Below, in pieces: positions 24,018 to 31,794 of a stretch of DNA of 32,000 bases. The position numbers were made by a program, and so were the translations under genes. Below the pieces are notes generated by a model, which did not search any database, was not told the DNA's origin, and was given only the letters and a program-made list of their open reading frames with translations. The DNA comes from Xanthomonas campestris pv. campestris str. ATCC 33913. Its GTDB lineage: Bacteria; Pseudomonadota; Gammaproteobacteria; Xanthomonadales; Xanthomonadaceae. How positions within the stretch are numbered: position 1 is the stretch's first letter; every line of letters starts with the position of its first letter. The stretch is from contig NC_003902.1 of assembly GCF_000007145.1 (NCBI RefSeq), positions 1,327,436 to 1,359,435 of the forward strand. Reading direction: 5' to 3'.

Positions 24018-24647
24018 ATGTCCTCCACGACCACGCTTGACCACCACGGCGCCCACGCGGGCGGCCACGATCACGACCACGAGCATCACGACGGCGGTGG
24101 CAACACCGTCTTCGGGTTCTGGGTCTACCTGATGAGCGACTGCCTGCTGTTCGCGGGCCTGTTCGCCACCTACGCGGTGCTGTCCGGCGCCACGGTGGAC
24201 GGACCGACGGCGAAGGAGCTGTTCGACCTGAAGTTCGTGCTGGTGGAAACCTTCCTGCTGTTGTTCAGTAGCTTGAGCTTCGGCTTCGCCATGATCTCCG
24301 CGCACAAGCGCAAGATGGCCGGCCTGTACGGCTGGCTGGCGGTCACCGCGCTGCTGGGTATCGGCTTCCTGTGCATGGAAATCTGGGAGTTCAACCACCT
24401 GATCCATGAAGGTGCGGGCCCGGGGCGTAGTGCGTTCCTGTCGGCCTTCTTCTTCCTGGTGGGCACCCACGGCCTGCACGTGGCGTCAGGCTTGTTGTGG
24501 ATGGCGGTGCTGGTGATCCAGATCTCCAAGAACGGCCTGACCGCGCGCAACAGCACGCGTCTTGCCTGCCTGAGCCTGTTCTGGCACTTCCTGGACATCA
24601 TCTGGATCGGTGTGTTCACCGTCGTCTATCTGCTGGGAGCGCTGTAA
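24018..24647 (+). CDS. cyoC: Cytochrome o ubiquinol oxidase subunit III
   Basis: 209 aa, with His-rich N-terminus [16 protein letters not shown], then ...[21 protein letters not shown]. It starts 2 nt after the cyoB stop. Confidence 0.95.
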   Translation: MSSTTTLDHHGAHAGGHDHDHEHHDGGGNTVFGFWVYLMSDCLLFAGLFATYAVLSGATVDGPTAKELFDLKFVLVETFLLLFSSLSFGFAMISAHKRKMAGLYGWLAVTALLGIGFLCMEIWEFNHLIHEGAGPGRSAFLSAFFFLVGTHGLHVASGLLWMAVLVIQISKNGLTARNSTRLACLSLFWHFLDIIWIGVFTVVYLLGAL

Positions 24648-24982
24648 TGGCCAATCACCACCACACCGAAAACGCTGCCGACGCGCATGCCGGCGGTCTG
24701 AAGTCCTATCTGATCGGCTTCGTCATGGCCGTGATCCTCACCGTCATCCCGTTTGCGATGGTGATGAGCGGGGCGTTCTCCAAGGGCGTCACCGTCATCG
24801 TGATCTCGGTGATGGCTGCCGTGCAGATGCTGGTGCACATGGTGTACTTCCTGCACATGGACCGTACGCCGGAGCAGCGTTCCAACGTGCAGGTGGGCCT
24901 GTTCTCGCTGCTGATCATCGGCATCGTGATCGTGGGTTCGCTGTGGGTGCTGCACAACATGAACGTCAACATGATGCATTGA
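24647..24982 (+). CDS. cyoD: Cytochrome o ubiquinol oxidase subunit IV
   Basis: The ATG at 24647 overlaps the cyoC TAA (TAATG). [36 protein letters not shown]..., 111 aa, three hydrophobic helices. Confidence 0.92.
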   Translation: MANHHHTENAADAHAGGLKSYLIGFVMAVILTVIPFAMVMSGAFSKGVTVIVISVMAAVQMLVHMVYFLHMDRTPEQRSNVQVGLFSLLIIGIVIVGSLWVLHNMNVNMMH

Positions 24983-25006
24983 GACGGCAGCCACGCCGGA
25001 TCACTG

Positions 25007-25038
25007 AAAGCCGCCGGAGCTCCGGCGGCTTTTTTTTT
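25007..25038 (+). terminator. Strong rho-independent terminator after cyoD
   Basis: aaagccgccggagctccggcggc followed by a run of nine T. Confidence 0.9.
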
Positions 25039-25138
25039 GCCCGGCAATCCATCGCAGCATGACCAATGGCATACGGGGGAAGCGCTGGCGTGCGCTTAGC
25101 ATCGAAGGCTGCCTGATCCAGGTCCCAACGGAATCGCG

Positions 25139-27019
25139 ATGAACGTCCCCACTGTCTTGTCCTTGTCGCTGCTCGCGGCGCTGTCCCTGCCTGCCGCCGC
25201 ACAGACCGCCGCGCCGCAGGATGTGCCGTTCGAAGGCACCTTGAAGATCGACGTCGATGCCACCGATCTGCAGCACCGCATCTTCAGGGTCAAGACCACC
25301 ATGCCGGCCAAGCCGGGCCCGATGACGCTGCTGTATCCGCAGTGGATCCCGGGCAACCATTCGCCCACCTGCCCGATCGACAAACTGGCCGGCCTGGTGA
25401 TCAAGGTCGATGGCAAGGTGGTGCCCTGGACGCGCGACCAGTTCGATGTCTACGCCTTCAAGGTGGACGTGCCGCAAGGCGCCAGCGAGCTGGTGGCCGA
25501 ATTCAAGTTCCTCTCGCCGCAGGCCAGCAGCCAGGGCCGGGTGATGATGACCCCGGAAATGCTCAACCTGCAGTGGAATACCACGGCGCTGTATCCGGCG
25601 GGCTACTTCGCGCGCAACATCAAGGCGCAGGCCAGCGTGACCTTGCCGGCGGGCTGGAGCTATGCCACGGCCATGGAAACCGAACGCCGGGTGGGCGATA
25701 CGGTGACCTTCAAGCCGATCGATTTCGATGACCTGGTCGACTCGCCGATGTTTGCCGGCAAGTACTACAAGCGGGTCGAATTGAGCGCCGGCAAGCAGCC
25801 GGTGTATCTCAACGTCTTTGCCGACGAAGCCAAATCGCTGGACGCCAAGCCCGAGCAGATCAAGGCGCACGCCGCGTTGGTGCAGCAAATGGACAAGCTG
25901 TATGGCGCGCGGCATTTCGACCACTACGAATTTTTGCTGGCGCTGACCAAGAAGCTGGGCGGCATCGGCCTGGAGCATCACCGTTCCAGCGAGAACAGCG
26001 GTGCACCGAACTACTTCACCGAGTGGGACAAGAGCTGGACCGGGCGCGACTTGCTGGCGCATGAGTTCAACCACTCCTGGAACGGCAAGTACCGCCGCGG
26101 CGCGGATCTGGCGACGCCGAATTTCAACGTGCCCATGGGCGACAGCCTGCTGTGGCTGTATGAAGGCCAGACCCAGTTCTGGGGCGAAGTGATGTCGGCG
26201 CGCTCCGGCCTGTGGACGCAGGAACAGGCACGCGACATGCTGGCCGGCGTAGCCGCCCAATACGAGCGTGGCCGCCCCGGCATGGCGTGGCGCACGGTGC
26301 AGGACACCACCAACGACCCGACCATGTCGATGCGCCGCCCCAAGGCGTACCGCAACTATCAAATGTCGGAAGACTATTACTCCGGCGGCCAGATGATGTG
26401 GCTGGAAGTGGATAGCAAGCTGCGCGCGTTGACCAACAACAAGCGCTCCATCGATGACTTCGGCAAGGCGTTCTTCGGCATGAAGAACGGCGATTGGGAC
26501 GTCAATCCGTACACGTTTGATGACATCGTCAGCACCCTCAACGGCGTGGCTGCCTTCGACTGGGCGAGCTTCCTGCGCAGTCGCATGGATGGGCATGGTT
26601 CGTTGATCGGCGGCATCGAAGCCAATGGCTGGAAGCTGGTCTACAACGACGAGCCGAACCTGGCCACCAAGACCGACGAGAGCGACGACAAGGACGCCAG
26701 CCTGACCTATTCGCTTGGCATGTCGTTGAAAGCCTCGGGCGATATCAGCGATGTGCTTTGGGACGGCCCGGCCTTCAATGCGGGCCTGATCACGGGCAAT
26801 ACGATCGTGGCGGTCAACGGCCGCGCCTTCAGTAGTGACGTGATCAAGGACGCGATCACCGCCGCCAAGGGAACCACCGTGCCGATCGAGCTGCTGGTCA
26901 AGCGACTCGACCGCTACGACACAGTGCGCATCGACTACCACGGCGGGCTGCTGTATCCGCATCTTGAGCGGATTGCCGGCAAACCGGACCGTTTGAGCGA
27001 GCTGTACAAGGCGCGTTGA
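25139..27019 (+). CDS. Secreted M61 (glycyl aminopeptidase) family metallopeptidase with C-terminal PDZ domain
   Basis: 626 aa. The signal peptide is MNVPTVLSLSLLAALSLPAAAQ and the zinc motif is HEFNHSWNGKYRR. The PDZ-like segment is GLITGNTIVAVNGRAF. Confidence 0.9.
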   Translation: MNVPTVLSLSLLAALSLPAAAQTAAPQDVPFEGTLKIDVDATDLQHRIFRVKTTMPAKPGPMTLLYPQWIPGNHSPTCPIDKLAGLVIKVDGKVVPWTRDQFDVYAFKVDVPQGASELVAEFKFLSPQASSQGRVMMTPEMLNLQWNTTALYPAGYFARNIKAQASVTLPAGWSYATAMETERRVGDTVTFKPIDFDDLVDSPMFAGKYYKRVELSAGKQPVYLNVFADEAKSLDAKPEQIKAHAALVQQMDKLYGARHFDHYEFLLALTKKLGGIGLEHHRSSENSGAPNYFTEWDKSWTGRDLLAHEFNHSWNGKYRRGADLATPNFNVPMGDSLLWLYEGQTQFWGEVMSARSGLWTQEQARDMLAGVAAQYERGRPGMAWRTVQDTTNDPTMSMRRPKAYRNYQMSEDYYSGGQMMWLEVDSKLRALTNNKRSIDDFGKAFFGMKNGDWDVNPYTFDDIVSTLNGVAAFDWASFLRSRMDGHGSLIGGIEANGWKLVYNDEPNLATKTDESDDKDASLTYSLGMSLKASGDISDVLWDGPAFNAGLITGNTIVAVNGRAFSSDVIKDAITAAKGTTVPIELLVKRLDRYDTVRIDYHGGLLYPHLERIAGKPDRLSELYKAR

Positions 27020-27032
27020 ATGGAGCGCTGCG

Positions 27033-27062
27033 CCGGCATCCTGCATGCGTGCAGGATGCCGG
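27033..27062 (+). terminator. Perfect 13-bp stem-loop just after the M61 peptidase stop (no T-run)
   Basis: ccggcatcctgca-tgcg-tgcaggatgccgg. The tail tgtagagc is not U-rich, so this may be a stabiliser or an atypical terminator. Confidence 0.4.
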
Positions 27063-27378
27063 TGTAGAGCTGGATGATCGTCGATGGATGAGCGGTGCTT
27101 GTTCGGCTGAAGCAGTCTGGTGCGTGGGCGTCGCTCGTTCACCTTGCCGCTCGCTGGGTGCGCTGTTTGCAAATGTCGTAGTGGTTTAGATGCGCCTTTT
27201 CAGGGCCTTTGTTCGCGCGAGGCATGCCGCCGCATCTCGCTACGCGGAGTGACGGCGCCATCCCGGCTTATGTCCGGGTGCCGGAACCATCTGCGTGCGT
27301 TTCCTGCATCAATGCCTGAGCGACTCCATGCATGCCGCAGGCGGGTAGTTTTTGTCGCGAGCTGCGAGCAGCATTCTT

Positions 27379-27412
27379 GAATCCCGAATCCCGAATCCCG
27401 AATCCCGAATCC
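27379..27412. repeat. Heptanucleotide microsatellite (GAATCCC) x 4.9
   Basis: gaatccc gaatccc gaatccc gaatccc gaatcc, read directly. The unit differs by one base from the NATTCCC units of the 11283-11312 arm. Confidence 0.95.
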
Positions 27413-27603
27413 GCGACGCGCAGTGCGCTCTGCATCGGGACTGAGTAATCGAATGGCGTGCATCAACGGTCGATGCCGCGCCGGCTGGACCCGCAACCGC
27501 TGACACATCACACGGCGATCGGCTGACGCCAGTCTCCGGCTCAGGTCGCGCGCGGTGAGACCCGCCGCAGCTATGCTTCGGCTTTAGAAGCAACGGCAAG
27601 AAG

Positions 27604-28998
27604 ATGATGGCGAAGGCGAAGACGGCCTATGTCTGCGGCGAATGCGGCGCCGAGTACACCAAGTGGCAGGGACAGTGCACCGAGTGCGGGGTGTGGAACA
27701 CGCTCAGCGAGATCGTGCTGGAAAGCGCCACGCCCGCTGGCAAGGCCTCGCCGGCGGCCTCGCGGCGCAGCGGCTGGGCGGGCAAGACCGAAGCGCCCAA
27801 GATCACCGCGCTCAAGGATGTGCAGCAGTCCGAGCAGGCGCGGGTGTCCACCGGCATCGGCGAGTTCGATCGTGTGCTTGGTGGCGGCCTGGTCGAGGGT
27901 GCGGTGGTCCTGATCGGCGGCGACCCGGGTATTGGCAAGTCGACGTTGTTGCTGCAGGCGCTGGCCAGCATGGCCAGCACGCTGCCGGTGTTGTACGTCA
28001 CCGGCGAAGAATCGCTGGCCCAGGTGGCCGGGCGCGCGGTGCGGCTGGACCTGCCACTGGAAGGGTTGAATGCGCTGGCCGAAACCGGGATCGAGAACAT
28101 CCTGCAGCACGCCAGCGTGGCGCGGCCCAAATTGATCGTGGCCGACTCGGTGCAGACGCTGTGGACCGAGTCGCTGACCGCGGCACCCGGCTCGGTCAGC
28201 CAGGTGCGCGAGAGCGCCGCACGGCTGGTGCGTTATGCCAAGGAAACCGGCACGGCGGTGTTCCTGGTCGGGCATGTCACCAAGGAAGGCGGCATCGCCG
28301 GCCCGCGCGTGCTCGAGCACATGGTCGATGCGGTGCTGTATTTCGAGGGCGAAAGCGGCAGCCGCTTCCGCTTGCTGCGTGCGTTCAAGAACCGCTTCGG
28401 TGCGGTCAACGAGCTGGGCGTGTTTGCGATGGGTGAGAAGGGCCTCAAGGAGGTCTCCAACCCCTCGGCGATTTTCCTTTCCGGCGGCAGCACCCATCAG
28501 CCGGGCAGTTGCGTGATGGTGACCCGCGAAGGCACGCGTCCGTTGATGGTGGAGGTGCAGGCGCTGGTGGATGCCTCGCCGTTGTCCAATCCGCGGCGGG
28601 TCGCCGTGGGGCTGGAGCAGAACCGCCTGGCGATGTTGCTGGCGGTGCTGCACCGGCATGGCGGCATCGTGGTCGGTGACCAGGACGTGTTCGTCAACGT
28701 GGTCGGCGGTATCCGGGTACAGGAGACCGCCGCCGACTTGCCGGTGCTGCTGGCGGTGTTGTCGTCGTTGCGCGACCGGCCACTGGCCGAGAAGACGATC
28801 GCCTTCGGTGAGGTGGGGTTGTCGGGAGAGATTCGCCCGGTGCCCAACGGCGAGGACCGCCTGAAGGAGGCGGCGACGCACGGCTTCAAGCGCGCGATCG
28901 TACCCAAGGCCAATGCGCCGAAGGCGTCCAGCATCAAGGGCATGGAGATCGTTGCCGTGGAGCGATTGAGCCAGGCCCTGGAAGCGGCGGCGGAGTAA
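27604..28998 (+). CDS. radA: DNA repair protein RadA/Sms
   Basis: MMAKAKTAYVCGECGAEYTKWQGQCTECGVWNT contains the zinc finger. The Walker A motif is GGDPGIGKSTLLLQ, the KNRFG motif is FKNRFGAVNE, and a Lon-like C-terminal domain follows. The start may be the second ATG at 27607. Confidence 0.97.
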   Translation: MMAKAKTAYVCGECGAEYTKWQGQCTECGVWNTLSEIVLESATPAGKASPAASRRSGWAGKTEAPKITALKDVQQSEQARVSTGIGEFDRVLGGGLVEGAVVLIGGDPGIGKSTLLLQALASMASTLPVLYVTGEESLAQVAGRAVRLDLPLEGLNALAETGIENILQHASVARPKLIVADSVQTLWTESLTAAPGSVSQVRESAARLVRYAKETGTAVFLVGHVTKEGGIAGPRVLEHMVDAVLYFEGESGSRFRLLRAFKNRFGAVNELGVFAMGEKGLKEVSNPSAIFLSGGSTHQPGSCVMVTREGTRPLMVEVQALVDASPLSNPRRVAVGLEQNRLAMLLAVLHRHGGIVVGDQDVFVNVVGGIRVQETAADLPVLLAVLSSLRDRPLAEKTIAFGEVGLSGEIRPVPNGEDRLKEAATHGFKRAIVPKANAPKASSIKGMEIVAVERLSQALEAAAE

Positions 28999-29323
28999 GC
29001 CCGCAGCCGCCACCGACGTTGTCGCTAAGTCGCTGCCTGGTTGCTCGCCTCTACCGGGCTCGCTGTTGCGGGCGGCGCAGGCGCTGCGCCTCCACGTTCT
29101 GCAAGCTGCAGCTCTCCCCAGCGACAAGTGCGATGGGGGGCGTGCGGCCGTGCGGGTCAGCAGCAGCGCCAGGCCCGACCGCTCGTCGGACAGCGCCAGC
29201 CATACGCGCCAGAGCGTAAAGAAAACGTTTTCACCAGACTGCGGCTATGGCACCATGCGCGGCCCGTTGCACTGTGCACCGGATCACACACACCGCTTAT
29301 TGCTCGTCACCAGGAGACTCACG

Positions 29324-29710
29324 ATGGAATGGATGTTGCTGCCGCTCAAGCGTTATGCCGACTTCAATGGTCGTTCGCGCCGCAAGGAATATTGGATGTT
29401 CATGCTGCTGCAGGCCATCATCCTGCTGGTGCTGGGTGGTCTTTTCGGCATCGCAGCGGCAGTGGGCGGCGGCGATAACGGCCCGGGCGCGCTGGCCTGG
29501 GTGGTCTTCGCGATCATGGTGATCGTGATGCTGGCAATGGTGGTGCCGAGCATTGCGGTGAGCGTGCGTCGCTTCCACGACCAGGGCAAGTCTGGCTGGT
29601 TCTATCTGATCAGCCTGGTGCCTTACCTCGGCGGCTTCATCGTGTTGGTGTTTATGTGCCTCGAAGGTACGCCCGGCCCGAACGAGTACGGCGAGAGCCC
29701 GAAGCAGTAA
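29324..29710 (+). CDS. DUF805 family inner-membrane protein
   Basis: AGGAG at 29312-29316 precedes the ATG at 29324. MEWMLLPLKRYADFNGRSRRKEYWMFMLL...VSVRRFHDQGKSGWFYL matches DUF805 hallmark motifs. 128 aa. The N-terminal part of track ORF 29066..29710 is discarded. Confidence 0.85.
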   Translation: MEWMLLPLKRYADFNGRSRRKEYWMFMLLQAIILLVLGGLFGIAAAVGGGDNGPGALAWVVFAIMVIVMLAMVVPSIAVSVRRFHDQGKSGWFYLISLVPYLGGFIVLVFMCLEGTPGPNEYGESPKQ

Positions 29711-29730
29711 GTTCTTCTAAACTGCAAAAA

Positions 29731-29770
29731 ACAGCGGCGCCAAGGGAAACCTGGCGCCGTTGTCGTTTAT
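29731..29770. terminator. Hairpin terminator after the DUF805 gene, flanked by an A-run and a T-rich tail (possibly bidirectional)
   Basis: aaaaaa-acagcggcgcc-aagggaaacct-ggcgccgttgt-cgtttat. Confidence 0.65.
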
Positions 29771-30183
29771 GGGTGTTTGCATCGGTGCGGTAATGCAATG
29801 GCAGCAGCGGGGGTTGCCATGCGGCGCAAGCTTGATCAGGAGCGGCGGGGGATCTGGCGAGAACGCCGCCTTGTTGCTGGACATCAACGCTCTGCAGGGA
29901 TGGCCAATATTTCCGGTGTCGGCGATGCCGCAACGACGGCGGCCGAAGCACTGCTCCATGCGGCGCTTCGGCCTCGCATTACTGACATTGCTGCCTCGAA
30001 CGTACACGTCTGCGCTGACTGCGAAGCCCAAGTCTTCATGAGCCGTCGCAACACGAACGAACCCCATCGACCGTGCGCGTGACGTCGCGCCCGTGCAGCC
30101 AAACACTCTGACTCAGGCGAGCTCCGTCAAGACGCCAGCAATGCCTGCACCGCTGCGTGATCTCCAAGCAGAGCAGCCGCAGC

Positions 30184-30969
30184 TCAGCAAGCTGCGGTGC
30201 GATTGACCGTATTGGACGTCATGCCCTTGGAAGGTGCCGCCGTGTTGCCGTCCGACAGCGCCAGTTCGAGCTTGTAGCCATGCGAATACACGGTGCGAAT
30301 GCGCACCGCGCCACTGTGGTTGCACAGCCGCAGTTTCTTGCGCAGCTTGTAGATGTGCTGTTCCATGGTGCGGTCGGTGAACTCGGTATGGCTACCCCAG
30401 ACCGCCTTGGCCAGCTGGCAGCGGCGGAAGCACACGCCCGGATTCGAAAACAGCAGCCAGGCGATGGAGAACTCGCGCGCGGTCAAGGCAATCGCGGTCT
30501 CGTGCAGGTACACCGTGTTCTTCTCGCGGAGCAGCTGATACGGGCCCACCTTGATCTGCTGGGCCTGGATGCAGGTGGCTGCCATCGGCCAAATGGCGAG
30601 CGATGCGCGCACATGCAACTCGTGTGAGTTGACTGGCAGGCTGAGCACTTCGTGGGCGCCGGCGCGATACCAGGCCAGCAAGTCGTCGGGGCACTCGAAA
30701 CGGCCCAGCACAATCAGTGGGGTGGGGTGACCACTGTGGCAGCGCTGCCAGGCGAGCAGGGAACTGTCGTCCGATGCCACGCAATGGGCATCGAAAACCA
30801 GAAGCTCGCACGGCGAGTGGCGCAGGCAGCGCAGCAATTCGAGTTCGTCTGAAAAGATGGTGACCTCTGGGACCAGAGTCGCCAGGCTGGCGTTGATCTG
30901 TGATGCCAGCCGCGCGTCCTGCGTCAGTACGAATGCCGATCCTTGGCGGTCATTCGCAGCGGCGTCCAT
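30184..30969 (-). CDS. hrpG: OmpR-family response regulator HrpG, master activator of hrp/type III secretion genes
   Basis: Track ORF 30184..30984(-) starts at a GTG. The ATG at 30969 gives a 261-aa protein, MDAAANDRQGSAFVLTQDARLASQ.... The C-terminal winged helix reads LTAREFSIAWLLFSNPGVCFRRCQLAKAVWG...RTMEQHIYKLRKKL...VYSHGYKL. Counting from this ATG places Glu at 44 and Asp at 60. From memory, these are the positions of the constitutive HrpG* E44K change and the putative phospho-acceptor. The gene is divergently paired with an hrpX-like ORF. Confidence 0.85.
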   Translation of the reverse strand: MDAAANDRQGSAFVLTQDARLASQINASLATLVPEVTIFSDELELLRCLRHSPCELLVFDAHCVASDDSSLLAWQRCHSGHPTPLIVLGRFECPDDLLAWYRAGAHEVLSLPVNSHELHVRASLAIWPMAATCIQAQQIKVGPYQLLREKNTVYLHETAIALTAREFSIAWLLFSNPGVCFRRCQLAKAVWGSHTEFTDRTMEQHIYKLRKKLRLCNHSGAVRIRTVYSHGYKLELALSDGNTAAPSKGMTSNTVNRTAAC

Positions 30970-31102
30970 CACTCGCGCGCCCACGCCGGCGGTACGGGCG
31001 CAGCCCAGACCATGGAACTGAGCACAACAGGCTTACTAAAGGTATCCAGGCACATAGCCATATCACTCGACCGCTTCGGGGGGATCTGACCTGCGTCAGA
31101 CG

Positions 31103-31118
31103 AATGGTATATACCATT
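31103..31118. promoter_or_regulatory. Perfect 16-bp palindrome AATGGTATATACCATT upstream of hrpG (candidate dimeric-regulator operator)
   Basis: Read directly. The palindrome spans 134-149 nt upstream of the hrpG ATG. It abuts the dyad TCTGAC-CTGC-GTCAGA at 31085-31100. Confidence 0.5.
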
Positions 31119-31643
31119 GCGGAGGCGAAAAGTTTCGTTGCCTAGCGCGAATTCCGATCAGCGGAGTCATCCGCTTTAGCGGGTGGTCAGTTAGCCGCAA
31201 CACAGCTCTTACTCTCTAGTTATGCAATCGTCGTCTGACGCATAGGGCTGGTTGGGGCGTTTTAATTCGGTCGGGTTGCTGCACACAAAACCCCATGCTG
31301 GAGCGGCGGCATGCCAACGTGCAGGTGTAGACCAAGGTATAGAGATTTTGCTGACTCCCTGCGCGAGAAAGAATATCTCGAGGGACTTGACTATCGCGCC
31401 GCTGAACAAAATGCTCTTGTAATTACAGGTGGACCGGCGAATCGCCGGAAAACAGCGTGTGCCCTCATTGCACTGGATTAACGGCCATTTGACATTGAGC
31501 GCGAGCGATCGCAGATGTTTAGCGCGCCTTCGCGCATCTGCGTGCCGAACACCGCATCCGTACGCCCACGCATCGTCCTGTGATGCACCGTCAAGATACG
31601 CCGGCGCATCGTCTGGCCTTCGTCGCTATGCAGGTGCGGGATC

Positions 31644-31705
31644 CACTTCGCAGTTTGCAAGACAGAGTGAGAATTTTTGAATTTCTAGCTGCTGCGAAGT
31701 GAGAA
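31644..31705. promoter_or_regulatory. hrpX upstream control elements: a 10-bp inverted repeat and an 8-bp direct repeat
   Basis: The inverted repeat is CACTTCGCAG (31644-31653) and CTGCGAAGTG (31692-31701). AGTGAGAA occurs at 31666-31673 and again at 31698-31705, a 32-nt period. The AT-rich core lies 90-150 nt upstream of the hrpX ATG. Confidence 0.45.
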
Positions 31706-31794
31706 ATTCTATTGGATCCGCTGCATACAATCGTTTGCGCCCACCACAACGGCGCCTTTTGTTGTTTTTGCTCCTCCCCTTCAGAGAGCCCGGC

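Noticed and set aside
25001-27172. 723-aa minus-strand ORF opposite the M61 peptidase gene.
   Set aside because: The plus-strand product has a signal peptide, an HEFNH zinc site and a PDZ domain. The antisense product is low complexity.
27120-27599. ORFs in the gap upstream of radA: 27120-27380(+) 86 aa, 27200-27511(-) 103 aa and 27309-27599(-) 96 aa.
   Set aside because: They read through the heptamer microsatellite (giving the peptide repeat IRDSGFG) and overlap each other. They lack start-site signals, so they are probably non-coding.
27571-29127. 518-aa minus-strand ORF opposite radA.
   Set aside because: radA on the plus strand has a zinc finger, Walker A and KNRFG motifs. The antisense frame has none.
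29717-30106. Overlapping ORFs of about 100-130 aa on both strands downstream of hrpG: 29717-30106(-), 29760-30041(+) and 29777-30082(+).
   Set aside because: They are mutually overlapping, Arg/Ala/Cys-rich, and have no ribosome-binding site or motifs. A degraded gene remnant cannot be excluded (see the finding at 29711-30197).
31500-31660. Search for a PIP box (TTCGB-N15-TTCGB) in the hrpG-hrpX spacer.
   Set aside because: The only paired TTCG motifs (TTCGT at about 31617 and TTCGC at about 31647) are separated by 23 nt, not 15, so this is not a PIP box.
31209-31680. Small ORFs in the hrpG-hrpX spacer: 31209-31409(-) 66 aa, 31429-31680(+) 83 aa and 31478-31660(-) 60 aa.
   Set aside because: They overlap one another and have non-ATG or weak starts and no ribosome-binding site. 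Hand-counted third-position GC of the 66-aa ORF is about 58%, far below what real genes here show. The translations have no recognisable features.
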